Source: Eledone cirrhosa (Eukaryota). From it: a stretch of 64,000 nt of DNA. A program made the translations under genes and the position numbers. Location of the stretch: the NCBI GenBank assembly GCA_964016885.1, contig OZ024742.1, positions 58,218,001-58,282,000 of the forward strand, read 5' to 3'. The stretch's first letter is position 1, and each line of letters opens with the position of its first letter. Under the pieces are notes generated by a model. The model saw nothing but the letters and a program-made list of their open reading frames with translations. It did not search any database and was not told the origin of the DNA. Below, piece by piece: positions 15,249-29,100 of the stretch.

Positions 15249-15935
15249 ATAGATATTCAAGATATATATAAATTATTACATACAAAATAATGCAATAATA
15301 ATGCTATACAGAATTGTATTAACATGTGGCTATAGTTCATCAAGAGTTGAATGCCTGTTTTCTGCTATGGCTCACATAGACTCACCACAAAGAAGAAGTC
15401 ACCTTACAGAGAATGCAATTTGACATACATCTTTTTTGAAAAAGGTGAATGTGAAAAAATTCAATTTGAAGACTTTGCAAGTGAGTGGTTAAAGAAACCA
15501 CAAAAACTATTATTTTGACATTTCATTGTATAATGTGTCTTTGTTTGGAATAATATATATATTTTATTAAACAATATTTCTTTATTTTGTTTTGGCATCC
15601 CCATGTTTTAACATATTCGAATGGCATTACATGGCAGAAAACCTGGCTACGGGTTTGCTATATGTGATGCATTGAAAAAGAAAACAGCTACGCCAAATGA
15701 GCTCGTGAAAAGATACAATGTAAGGACGTCTACAATATCAGATATCAAACGGTCAGAAGCCAAGCTATGCGGATTCGTATCGGAAAAATTGCAAATTGGT
15801 TTGGAGGGAGTGGAAAAGAAAGTGAAAAGCCTGAAAACGTCAGACTACGAGCAATTAGACCAGGCCTTGTACATTTGGTTCCGGCAGCTTTGAGAAAAGA
15901 ACGTTCCTGTTTCTGGACCTATTTTAATGGAAAAG

Positions 15936-16278
15936 GTGTGCACAGTGTAATTTACTCATCTTGTTTAAATATTTTATATTAATGAGCTGCCTTACTCATC
16001 TTGTTTAAATATTTTATATTAATGAGCTGCCTTACTCATCTTGTTTAAATATTTTATATTAATGAGCTGCCTTACTCATCTTGTTTAAATATTTTATATT
16101 AATGAGCTGCCTTACTCATCTTGTTTAAACCGGTTTTATATTAATGAGCTACCTTTCCCTGCACTTGAAAAGTGCATGAGCTGCCTGTCCAATGTTGTCT
16201 GTCCCCTGTTTTGTTTAAATCTCTTTAAATATTCATGAGATCTGGAAAATAAACAAGTTTTCATACATTCTTTTATAG
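15936..16278 (+). other. Putative phase-0 spliceosomal intron in the Tigger transposase
   Basis: AAG|GTGTGC ... TTCTTTTATAG|GCA. Removal gives a contiguous in-frame PVSGPILMEK-ASDFYRRLYPDVEKDFLASTG (CENP-B HTH). Confidence 0.75.
15951..16152. repeat. 40-bp minisatellite, ~5 copies
   Basis: Unit CTTACTCATCTTGTTTAAATATTTTATATTAATGAGCTGC, head-to-tail with no spacers. Confidence 0.95.
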
Positions 16279-16478
16279 GCATCCGACTTCTACCGGCGGC
16301 TTTATCCTGATGTGGAAAAAGACTTTCTTGCAAGCACGGGCTACCAAACAAAGTTTTGCCGCCGTTATGGAATACGGAAGCTCGCCATCTCGGGTGAGAA
16401 AGTCAGCGCAAATAAAGAAGCAGCTGAAGATTACGTCCAACATTTTCCAACAATAATTGCCAGCTACACTCCGGATGA

Positions 16479-17000
<522 letters not shown>

Positions 17001-17524
17001 TAATTGTTACATTATTTTCGTGATCATAAATTTAAATTGTCTGACAGATTAAGAAATAGTGTATGGTTATCAAAAGTTATATATTTAGCAAATGTTTTTT
17101 CAAAGTTAAACGAAACATGCCTATCTCTACAAAGGAAAGAAACAAACATTTTTTGAGCTCAAGATAACATGATATGTTTATCACGTAAATTGCAGTACTG
17201 GACCTCAGAAATAGAAAATAATAATTTTGATTGTTTTCCGCTTCTTACTGAATTTTTACAAGAATCCCAAGTGGAATTAGATACTGAAACTTGCAATGAT
17301 ATTAAACATCATCTGAACAACTTACCACAATCTCTTATTGAGTATTTTCCTAGTTTGAAGAACAAAGACCACTATTGGGTGCAAAACCCATTCTAAGTAA
17401 CAGGAAAACCTACAGGATTTCAAGGACCGGATTATGAAAAATTAATAGAAATTACTTCAGATACTCAGTTAAAGGCCAAGTTTGAAGAAATGCCGTTAGA
17501 CGTATTTTGGGGGAATCTAAGTGA

Positions 17525-17737
<213 letters not shown>

Positions 17738-18943
17738 TAGACATTCATTCTATTTTAAAAAATTATGTACAACTTAAATATTAAGTAGAGGTATGTCTGT
17801 TTAAAATAAACTCATTTTTCAATATAATATGTTTTATTTTAGATTAGGGTTCCATTATTTTTAAAATAATGTCAAGGGGTTCCACAATAAAAAAAAGTTT
17901 GGGAACCACTGGTTTAGGGTATAGAAATAACATCGAGAAGAAATGTAACTGTAGAAAGAAGTCAGAATGTCCCTTACAAACTGCCTTGACAAGAATCTAG
18001 TATATAAATGTACCATTAAGACAAATAATAATATATATAACAACATTGGTGCCACTTCATCTAAATTTAAGTTTCATTGGTACAATCATAAAAATTCCTT
18101 TTCTAAACCAGATAAAAAATGTTCAACCTCACTCTCACAATTAATATGGTCTTTGAAGGACAAGAATAGTAAATACTCCATCTCTTGAACTCAGTTAAAG
18201 AATGCCAATTCCTATCGGAACGCTTCCATTTCGCTAAATTGAAATCTATTGATAATTACAAATTATGACAATTTATCAACAAGAAAAATGAATTATTCAG
18301 CACCTGCCAACATAAATTCGGTAAAACATTCCAGGCATTGTACAAGTTTTGAAAACATATTGACAATTAATAATTTTTTAAAAATATACATATAATTTTT
18401 TGCCTTACTGGGGTAATAATTTATTTATTCTATTAGAATAATTTCATTAAGAGTCTCTGTATCCTATGTTTTGATTAGGACAGTTCAATATTTAACTAGA
18501 CAATTGTTTAGAAATATCACTAGATTGTTTACATTCTTCGTAAATATTTTTATTCTGTTTGAATAGCTTGCTAAATTATATTTGACATGAATTATGTAGT
18601 TTAATAATATAAGAATATCTTTAAAAGGAAACTATAATAATATGTAATTACAGAAGTAAATATAAATTAACAAAATAAAACTTTTGAGAGTAAATATAAC
18701 TGCAATTTAATCCTATGATTTTATAAAGAGAATATACTATTTAAATAAAATAATTCGGATAAAAAATGATCTTAATATATTATATATATTGATGGTGATA
18801 TATTTTAATGCATGTTTAATAATTATTTAAATTTGCTTTAAAGATAAAATTTTTTAAAGTTGTAACAAAATACTTAAGGAATATATAAACCAAAAATTAT
18901 AATCTTAAATGAGTTAAATTAAATTATATAAATTTTTAATTAA

Positions 18944-19152
18944 CCCTTTAGCATTCACATTACTCTATGTATACTATTGTATTTTTGTGGTAAAGGTTTT
19001 AACCTCACATAATTATCTCACAATATTGAATCTATGAGATTTTGAAAGTATTTATTTCGAGAACAATACCTTAACATCACTTTGAGTGACCAGTTACAGT
19101 TAGTATCAACATAAACAGGTAGAGAATTCTGGCCGGTTTGAACATTAAAGGG
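18944..19152. mobile_element. piggyBac-type MITE
   Basis: TTAA|CCCTTTAGCATTCA ... TGAACATTAAAGGG|TTAA, 209 bp, non-coding. Confidence 0.88.
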
Positions 19153-19348
19153 TTAAACTAATTATGTAACGGCTATAAAAAGTAATGTATATTAAAAAAG
19201 AAATAGGATTTTGCTTCAAGCATAGCTTTATACAATATGTATAAATATTTCGTATCTCCTAAGAAATACGGTTTTAGGAAGCCGTAGCTATGCAAATACT
19301 GGGGGGCTAACGCCCTCTGGTGATGTCCAGCAGAAGCAAGGGGGACAA

Positions 19349-19390
19349 CAGTCTATGCATTTCAGGCTTAACTGGCCTTCGTCAGGACGG
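19349..19390 (-). ncRNA. Minimal type I hammerhead ribozyme
   Basis: Minus strand: GTC-CTGACGA-AGGC cagttaa GCCT-GAAA TGCA TA-GAC. Stem III is palindromic (ATGCAT). Confidence 0.65.
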
Positions 19391-19545
19391 TCCCTCCCAC
19401 CGCTTGCGACTGTATATTGATTAATTTTGATATAATATGTAAGTATAATTAGCTTAACCATAATCAAATACAAGAGATATTCAATAGTTTATGGTAATTG
19501 ATTGGTTGCCTCAATTGACCTAATATTTGAAAACAACGTTTTTTT

Positions 19546-19566
19546 CTATCTATCTATCTATCTATC
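19546..19566. repeat. (CTAT)n microsatellite at the head of the LINE array
   Basis: CTATCTATCTATCTATCTATC. (TATC)3 recurs at 26167-26178 and TATCTAT at ~31812. Confidence 0.9.
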
Positions 19567-20535
19567 TTCTCTCTTTAGATTAAAGAAATCTAATCGCTGG
19601 GATAGACACGTGTTAAACTTGCTCGGTAAGTTTTGTTTGAATTTCTTTAGAAATTCGTCATTGTGAACTTTTAATTTTATACCAATTTGTAGAGGGACTG
19701 ACAGGTCAAATTTTGATCTGGTCAGTCCTCCAAAATATCGTGCCCCTCAGGGCAAAAACATCCAAAATATCTTCGAAAATATTTTTTGCAAAACACTTCA
19801 TTTTTTAAAAAATGGCCGAAGCACCTACTTCTTTGTCAAAACAAGAAGATGGGAAGGGAAAGCCATGCCTACTTGACCAGCAGGTAGTAGCAGACATGGA
19901 GAAAGGAAGGCCAACATCATCGCCTCAACATTTAGAAGAGGAACAAGCTTCAGCTGCTTGTAAGCAACTGAACACGCCTGACGTCACAAACGTCACATGT
20001 ATCCACACACAGAAGGAAATATATGTAATAAACACTTCGTTTCGTAAAGAAATGGAAATTCACACAATAAAAAATGAAAATAACAGCCCACAACAGACAC
20101 CAAAAAATACAGAAAATGAAAGAATTTGAAAACACATCCAACAATACCAATCAAAAGGAAAAAAATGTCAACACAAACACCAAAGAAAATACAAACAACA
20201 GTAGCAACAACAACAAGAAAGACAACAGCAAAATTTCTTTTGCTGATACCGTAAAAAATCCGGAAATATTTCAACTTTTGGATTTAACCAATGTGAAACA
20301 AAAGTTGGAAGAAGCTAAATAATATGTAACTTTTGGACCCAATGGGTCATTTAGCATAAATTCACCACAAGAACTAAGGAGAGAGAATGCCCTGAACACG
20401 GTGGTTTTCAGGACAATCTCAAATGCATCCAAAAAACCAGCTCAACTATCTCAGAGTGAGATTGAGGTGGTTTTAAGGAACCACATGGATAACATTTTAT
20501 TTATTCAGAAAGCCAAACTTTTTCGGCAGCATCTC
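19567..20535 (+). mobile_element. Tx1-clade LINE family B, 5' ~970-bp fragment
   Basis: Near-identical to 26179-27147 (constant offset of 6612). Confidence 0.92.
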
Positions 20536-23500
20536 TTTACGATGGACACATGTGCTGAGCTCGTTCGGTAAGTTTCGTTTAAATTTATCCGGAAATTGTG
20601 AACTGTAAAATTTCATTTTTGTACCATTTTGTAGAGGGACTGCCAGGTCAAATTTTGATCTGGTTGGTCTCTCAAAATATTCTGCGCCTTTGGGCGAAAT
20701 AGTATTGTAAACATTTTATCTTTCGAAAAACTTCAAAAAACCCTATTTTGAGAAAAATGGCTGAAGCATCTTCACCATCAATCAAAGAAGGAAAGGGGAA
20801 GTCATACTCACAGCTTCCCCCTGCAGCAGATGCCAAAGGCAGAGGTCAGAGAGAGGAAGAATTGTCTTCACCTGTTGACCGACCACTAGATGTAGCCACA
20901 ACTATACAAGAAACTGAAAACAACAACAACGACAACAACAGCAACAATAAAGACAACAAAAACAACAACAACACAAACGTCACAAGTATCCACACACCAA
21001 ACGAGAAAGACAACAACAACAACAAAGAGGAAAACAACTCAAACGACGAGAAACAAAACAATACAAACACCAACAACGAAAACAAAATATCTTTTGCACA
21101 AACGGCTAAATTATCAGTCACGTATGTGCTTGAAGATATTTCAAAAGCAAAAGAAATGCTGGAAAAAGCCAAGAAATATGTATCTTTTGGCGAAAACGGT
21201 TCGTTTTCTATAAATTCACCTCCAGAACTATAAAAACAGACGGAATTACGAACTGTCGTATTCCGTACAATTTTAAATAAAACAAAAAAACCAGCACAAC
21301 CATCTCAAGCTGAAATTCAGTTAGTACTGAAAGAAGCGATGAGAGACATCACTTTCATACAAAAGGATAAACTCTATGGGAGTCTATCCATATTGATGAA
21401 AGACGAATTTGCGGCGAAAAAATACTCTGTGTCGCCAATTCGTTCCACACACTACACCTTCTTCCCCACCTACATGGGTAAAAAAACCCAGAGGATATGG
21501 ATAACCACCATCACCCCAAACATAAACTACTGGTGGTTACTAACCGGTTTCCTCAATTTAGACGAGGACAACCTCATTTCAATAGGGTAGGGAAGGCATC
21601 CGGCAACGCGTTCAGTGGAACGAGCATCGAAGTTCTGACCCAAATAAGGCCAGAACGTATCGCCCAAATCCCTAAGCACGTCATGCTGGATGACCGTACC
21701 CACCTCAACATTATTGTGGAGGGTAGGCGTCCCTCCTGTTACCTCTGTGGCAATAGAGGTCACCTGAGGGCTGCCTGTCCCCAGCTCACACAGAAAAAAA
21801 ACACTGCTACCAACACCACCCCAACAACAACAACAACAACAACCAACAACAGCAACAACAACAACAAACACGTGAAAAAACAACACAATACTGTCCCACC
21901 CAATCCCTCCCCACCCAAAACAAATACAAAAACACACACCGCAAACACTACCAGAAAACATACCCCTCCCACCCAACAAGGAAGACGAACCCCTTTCGTC
22001 GCAAGACGAAAAAGATCCCTTCCAACAAGTAAAAAGAAAGAAGAGGAGACGCACCACAGACACACATGTTAACTTTAACCCTCCCCAAGAGAAAACAAAC
22101 TACACGCAAACCACTCCTCCCTGTCACACAACACTAACTGCTACACAAAAAAAGACCTTACAATATACATACATGAACACAGACAACAAAGAACTACTGA
22201 AAACAATTTCAGCAAACCCTTCGGTCCAAACTGAAGGGCCTAACTTTAAAACTGCTGTGGGACTACCTCATTTAAAAATGATTAAAGTCCCAATGAACTT
22301 TTACAAAACACTGAAGATAAATTTCACGGAGGACGTGGGCACCCCCTGCGCCAAACCAATCAACCGCGTCCTCCTAAAAAATTTCACCCCCCCACCCCAA
22401 CAACACACTGATGCCCCTTCACTTCCACAAACCACCACCCCACCCAACAACCCATCCCCAACCAGCATGGAAATTGAGTGGCCCGTTTCCCGGGACGCAG
22501 AGAGGTAAGTGCCTTTTCTCCTTACCACCAACATGGCTGTGCTAAGAGTAGGGTGTCTAAATGCGGGTGGCCTGGGCTCATCTTGGAAGCAAGCAATGCT
22601 TCTAAATGACCTCAGGTCACAATCTATGAATGTGATGGTTATCTGCGAGGCCCGGATCAGCAACATGCGGCAGCTAGCCCCCACCTTTGACGACTTTGAG
22701 ATGCACGCATCTCTCTGTCAGCCCGGAGGTGGGGGTGGGGTTGTCGTTCTGCTGCAAAAACATCTGGGCCTTGCAACAGATAGTTCACTTGGACCCAGGG
22801 GGTCGACTGGTGGTGCTGGACCTTGGCAGTGGTGAAGGTAGAGCCTTTAGGCTGGTAGCCGCATATGCCCCTTTTGGGACAGAGCGGCCCGACTTTTTCC
22901 AGCGTCTGGAGTCTTTTCTAGGGACGTCCCGTTCCCTGCTTTTAGTGGGGGACTGGAATGGTATCCTGGATGCACGTTGGGACTATGCAGGGGCATGTCC
23001 CGATAGAGAGGGGTGCAACAGCCTCAAGGGGTTACTCGGCCGATTTGACCTGGCCGATAGATTTCGACTAGATTTTCCGATGGTGCCAACCTGGTCTTGG
23101 TCAAATCGCAGCGGATCATCTAGGTCGTACCTAGATAGGTTTTTAGTTAGAAATAAGGACAGGGACTTTTTAAGTTGTCCAGAAATGCTCATGGTTGGCT
23201 ATTCAGACCACAAGTTGGCGACCTGCATGGTCAACCTTGATAGAACGCATAGACAGGGCCCCGGTTACTGGAAGCTCACCTTGTCCTTGCCGGCAAGTAG
23301 AGCTTACAGGGATCGGATTAGTACGTTAGTTAAGGAACGGTTGACTGGAGCGATCGTCAACAGCAGGTGGTGGGTATCTCTAAAGAGAGAGATTAGAGTA
23401 GTCTCGATAGAATTTAGTAAGGTTCTAGCTGCGGATAGGAATAGGAAGGAAAGGGAGCTAATAGATAGAGTAGAAGAGGCAATTAGAAGCGGCGACGTGG

Positions 23501-26166
23501 CCAGAGTGCTAGCGTCGAGAACGGCTTTGAGCCAGTTTTTCAACGCGAAGCACGAAGGCTGCGTTGTCCGAAGTAAAATACGTGCTCTAGGGAACGAGGG
23601 GACCAAAGCTGTTAGCTGGGCCCGCGTGACAGAGGCCAACAGTGGAACTAAATCCACCATCCGGTCTTTGCGAGACCTGGACGGACGGGCGATTCTTGAG
23701 CCTAAGCAGATGTGTGAGGCCTTTCAAAGGCACTTTGCCTGACTGTTCGGGAGGGGCGGGGAGCCGGTTGGGAATATGGACTTCGGTCCATACCTCGACG
23801 GCCTGCCGCGTCTCTCGGACAGGGAGGCGAAGTCCTGCGAGGAGCCGATTTCAGCCGCTGAGATAGAGGACGTGCTGAGCCAATGCGGCAAACGCAAATC
23901 CCCGGGTCTCGATGGTCTTCCTTACGAATTATATCTAGCTATGCCGGACTTGTTCCCCGATCTCCTCGAGGCGGTCTACTGCAACTGGCAACAGAACGGG
24001 AGAATTCCCTGTACTGTGAGGAAAGACGAGAACAAGGGGGACGAAATAAGTAACTTCAGGCCCATAACTCTGCTAAATACAGAGTTACAGATTTTGGCCA
24101 AGGTGCTAGCAAACAGGTTGGCGCTCGTCGTGGGCAACCTGGTGGGAGATGCGCAGACATGCGCTATCCCGTCCAGGTCCATCCATGACAACCTCCACCT
24201 CATGCGATACATCATAGAGAGGGTTGGGAACGAACCCGGCTTTGGTGGGGCTCTGATCAACTTGGATCAATCTAAGGCGTTCGATAGGGTCGACCATGGT
24301 TACCTTGATGCGGTGCTAGCGGCGGCAGGCTTCGGACCCGATCACTGCTATGCACAGCGGCCGCATCTGCTCTAGGGTCAAGGTGAACGGCTACCTCTCG
24401 GAGCCGTTCAAAATCGCGCGGTCCATCCGACAAGGGTGCCCTCTCTCTCCTCCCTTCTGTATGTGTTGACTCTCGAGCCACTACTGCGGAAGTTGGAGTT
24501 GTTGCAGGGCATCCCTTTGGAACCGGGATTGCGGAAAGCGGTGTCGGCCTACGCCGATGACGTGACAGTAATGGTGTCGACGGCCTCCGAAATCGAGGCG
24601 GTCGGCACCTTACTGGAGGAGTACGAAAGGTTCACAGGGGCTAAGCTGAACCGGGACAAGTCGATCGGTTTGCAACTCGGCACGTGGAGGGGCAGACCGA
24701 TGCCCTCCGATGGCGTCGTCGGACGCTGGACGGAGGGCCCGGTGAAGTTGCTCGGGGTCGGGTTCGGACCGGACCTCCAGGTGGAGAAAAACTGGGCGGA
24801 GGTTACGAACAGGGTGTTTGCACTGACCCAGAAGTGGGCCAGTTGCAAACTATCCCTGAAAGGTCGGGCGGAGGTGGCGAACACCTATATAGCGTCCGTC
24901 ATCTACTACCGCCTGACCGTAGTGCCTTGCCCAAGGGAAACCCTCGCCAAGATGGAGCGCGCGCTCTTCCAATTCCTTTGGAAGAGGCGGGCTCCTATGG
25001 TGAGGAGATCCATCTGCTGTCAACACCCTTCGAAAGGAGGGCTGGGGATGCCGTGGCTAATGATGCGTAAACACGCATTAAGGCTACAGCACCTCTACGT
25101 ATTCCTCACCGGTCAACCGGTGTGGGCCTCGTTTGTGAGACGAACCTTTCCCAGACTCGTCTCACTCACAGAGCTGCAATCCTGGGTCAAGCAAAGACCT
25201 AGAAAACTGGGCGCCTGGCACACTGAGTGTGCCCAGGCACTCACCGCCCTCTGGCAGGCGGATCCGGTTATCAGTGGAGACTCCACCGCAACATTCTATA
25301 GAGGGCTGGTACGCAGCAGGTGCGACGGCGCCCTCGGAGAAGCCCTAGACATGGAGGAGGACGAACTGGCCAGCCTGTTCGGTAGGACATTCAGCCCGGG
25401 ACCTCTGGACAACTTCCAGAAGTCCCTGGCCTGGCAGTGCTACCAAGGGGCTCTACCCGTTCAAGAAAAGCTCTACAGACACGGGCGCCCGGGTAGGGAC
25501 CCCGCCAAAAAGATCTGTCCCAGATGCGTGTGCGACGAGGAAACCGTTGCACACGCAATGGTACACTGCTCGGGCGTAGCCGATCTGTGGGGCTATGTCG
25601 AACAACTGCTGTCAAGGGTGGGACCGATCCGGTTGACCACCGAGTCTATTGTAATGATCAAGCCGCCTCCCCCCTTCAAAGATGAAGGAGAGGCGGTGTT
25701 TCTGTGCGTAATAGCCATGGTGAACGCGTCTGAAAGGACTGAGGTCAGGCACCTTTCTCTCTGGCCAACAACTGGTCCGTTTCTTCCGATATCATTTCGG
25801 AAGAAGGATCAGGATGGAGAGAGAGGTGCTCCACCCCAGTCGTTTTTATGAAAGGTGGGTGAAATGGCGAGAATGGCCCGTGTGAATGGGCCTTCTCTTT
25901 ACATAAGCCTGTAGGTTGAAAGGAGGAAGGAACGAGGGAGCACCCCCTCTCTGTGCTCCTGAGGAAAAGGGTTGCACACTTTTTTCGGGGGTGTGTGCGA
26001 CCCCCCCCCTATCGAGGATTTTGTTATAAATTTTATTTTTTGTTATATTTTATTTTATTTTTATATATTGTTATTGCCTCCTCCTTATTGAGGACGCCTT
26101 TTTGTGTAAACTCCCCCCTTTGTACTTGTCCCACTTTTGATACCCTGGTGGCAAATAAAAGAAACA
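20533..26166 (+). mobile_element. Tx1-clade (L1 group) LINE family A, full length, decayed
   Basis: ORF1 ~20757-22508 has a CCHC knuckle (CYLCGNRGHLRAAC). ORF2 ~22533-25914 has APE (GDWN, SYLDRF, SDH), RT (KSPGLDG, DQSKAFDRV, YADDV) and C-terminal CPRC..ETVAH..HC. Ends with AATAAA. Confidence 0.93.
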
Positions 26167-26178
26167 TATCTATCTATC

Positions 26179-29100
26179 TTCTCTCTTTAGATTAAAGAAA
26201 TCTAATCGCTGGGATGGACACGTGTTAAACTTGCTCGGTAAGTTTTGTTTGAATTTCTTTAGAAATTCATCATTGTGAACTTTTAATTTTATACCAATTT
26301 GTAGAGGGACTGACAGGTCAAATTTTGATCTGGTCAGTCCTCCAAAATATCGTGCCCCTCAGGGCAAAAACATCCAAAATATCTTCGAAAATATTTTTTG
26401 CAAAACACTTCATTTTTTAAAAAATGGCCGAAGCACCTACTTCTTTGTCAAAACAAGAAGATGGGAAGGGAAAGCCATGCCTACTTGACCAGCAGGTAGT
26501 AGCAGACATGGAGAAAGGAAGGCCAACATCATCGCCTCAACATTTAGAAGAGGAACAAGCTTCAGCTGCTTGTAAGCAACTGAACACGCCTGACGTCACA
26601 AACGTCACATGTATCCACACACAGAAGGAAATATATGTAATAAACACTTCCTTTCGTAAAGAAATGGAAATTCACACAACAAAAAATGAAAATAACAGCC
26701 CACAACAGACACCAAAAAATACAGAAAATGAAAAAAATTGAAAACACATCCAACAATACCAATCAAAAGGAAAAAAATGTCAACACAAACACCAAAGAAA
26801 ATACAAACAACAGTGACAACAACAACAAGAAAGACAACAGCAAAATTTCTTTTGCTGATACCGTAAAAAAACCGGAAATATTTCAACTTCTGGATTTAAC
26901 CAATGTGAAACAAAAGTTGGAAGAAGCTAAACAATATGTGACTTTTGGACCCAATGGGTCATTTAGCATAAATTCACCACAAGAACTAAGGAGAGAGAAT
27001 GCCCTGAACACGGTGGTTTTCAGGACAATCTCAAATGCATCCAAAAAACCAGCTCAACTATCTCAGAGTGAGATTGAGGTGGTTTTAAGGAACCACATGG
27101 ATAACATTTTATTCATTCAGAAAGCCAAACTTTTTCGGCAGCATCTCGGTGCTAATGAAAAACAACATAACAGCACAAAAATATTCCACCGCGCCCATTG
27201 TGTCCACCCATTTTACATTTTTCCATACATACATGGGAAAAAGAACACAAAAAATAAAAATTACATCTATAAGACCCAAAGTAGATATTTGGTGGATACT
27301 TTATGGCCTAATTGACTTTGAACAAGACATTTTGATCTCAGTAGGAAAATCCTCCAGGGATATATTTACTGGGACTAGCGTCGAAATTCTGGTGCAGATG
27401 AGCCCAGAACGCATAATGAAAATCCCACAAAGAGTACCTCTGGATGGACAGACCTACATAAACATTTCGGTTGAGGGTAGACGGCCCGCATGTTACCACT
27501 GCACAAGCAGAGGTCACCTAAGGGCTGCCTGTCCTCAATTGACAAAAAGAAAACCACTTTTACCAACACCACCACCACCACTACGACAACAAGAAAAAAA
27601 CAACAGAGAACACTACCCCCCCCCCCCCAAAAAAAAACAAATACAAAAACACACACAGACACTACAGAACCCCAAAACATACCCCTACCCATCAACACGG
27701 ATGAGGAACCCCTATCGACGGCACCCAGCGGCGATGAGGAGGTACCCTTCCTACCCGTGAAAAGAAAAAAAAGCACCGCATGAACAAAAACGAAACAAAC
27801 GCACAAACACCAGCACAAACAAAACACCCACAACAAAGAGAAAACACACGCAGGAACCACAGACAAAAACAACACAGGAAAAGTACACATACACTTACAT
27901 AAACAAAGAAAATAGAACACTGATGGAGACCATCAGAAACAACCCTTTGGTCAAAACCGAAGGGAAAACTTTGGATAGCTCCAACAAAAAAAAAAATGAA
28001 CCTGAAACTGATCAGGGTCCTTATAGGAACTTATAGATACCTAAAAGAAACATTTGTAGAGGACATGGGGGAATTCGTGCGTGAAACCAATCAACCGCGT
28101 CCTCTTAAAAGACCTCCCCACCACAGGCACCGCCACCCAAATCATCCCCATCCCACCAGACACCACCACCCCAAGGAATTTGTTCAGCCTGGTCCCCAGG
28201 AGACGAAGAGGTGAGTGATTTTTTTTCCTCTTCTTAACTTTTCAGCACCAACATGGCCAATATAAGAGTTGGATGTGTGAATGTACGCGGCCTGGGGATG
28301 CCCTGGAAACAGGTCAAACTCTTAAACGACCTCAGGTCGCACAGTATGGATGTAGTAGCCATTTGCGAGTCCAGGATCCACAGCGAGTGACAACTGGCCC
28401 CCATCTTCAACGACTTTGAGATCTACGCATCTCTGTCAGCCGGGAGGTGGGGGTGCCGTTTTGCTGCGGAAACACCTGGACCTCGTAACACAGACGGTAC
28501 ATCTGGACCCGGAGGGTCGACTGGTGGTCCTAGACGTTGACAGTAGTGAAGGTGGCGCCTTCAGGCTGGTGGCCGCATATGCCCCATCCGGGACACCGTG
28601 GCCAGACTTCTTCAAACGTCTAGAGACTTTTCTGGGAACATCCCGCTCCCTGCTGTTAGGGGGGACTGGAATGGAATCCTAGATGCACGTTGGGACTATG
28701 TGGGAGCATGTCCCAATAGAGGGGGTGTAACAGCCTCAAACAGTTAATCGGCCGATTTGACCTTGTCGATAGATATCGACTAGATTTTCCGACTGTGCCA
28801 CTGTGGGCGTGGACTAATCGTAGCGGAACATCCAGATCGTACCTAGATAGGGTTCTAGTTAGAAAGAAGGATAGGGACATGTTAAGCTGTCCACAAATGT
28901 TCATGGTTGCCTATTCAGATCACAAATTAGTGACCTGCTTAGTCAACCTTGACAAAACCCATAGACAGGGACCCGGCTACTGGAAGCTGGACTTGTCGTT
29001 ACCGACCTGCAAAGCCTACAGTAGATGGATTAGCACTTTAGTTAAGCAGCACTTGACGGGGGCCATTGTCAACAACAGATGGTGGTACTCTCTCAAGAGG

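Larger units (their letters stand above)
7618..15657 (+). mobile_element. hAT transposon (ZMYM1/Tip100-like transposase), split
   Basis: TIRs CAGGCCCGTAGCCA / TGGCTACGGGTTTG. 8-bp TSD CTATATGT at 7610-7617 and 15658-15665. Motifs: TTF zinc finger (WFTKYNWLEY), YTSPDIQNE, MVDGATD, CYDGA, IHCFCH, IETRW. Confidence 0.93.

Noticed and set aside
15951-16152. CRISPR-like 40-bp repeats
   Set aside because: The units are contiguous with no unique spacers, there are no cas genes, and the context is eukaryotic. This is a minisatellite.
19567-27147. ~970-bp direct repeats read as LTRs around element A
   Set aside because: The repeat is the 5'UTR + ORF1 start of LINE B. It has no TG..CA, PBS or PPT, and the second copy continues into a full LINE.
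20846-27920. Hydrophobic minus-strand ORFs (e.g. 20846-21172, 21527-22063, 27375-27920) as membrane proteins
   Set aside because: They are antisense shadows of the AAC/ACA-rich low-complexity ORF1.
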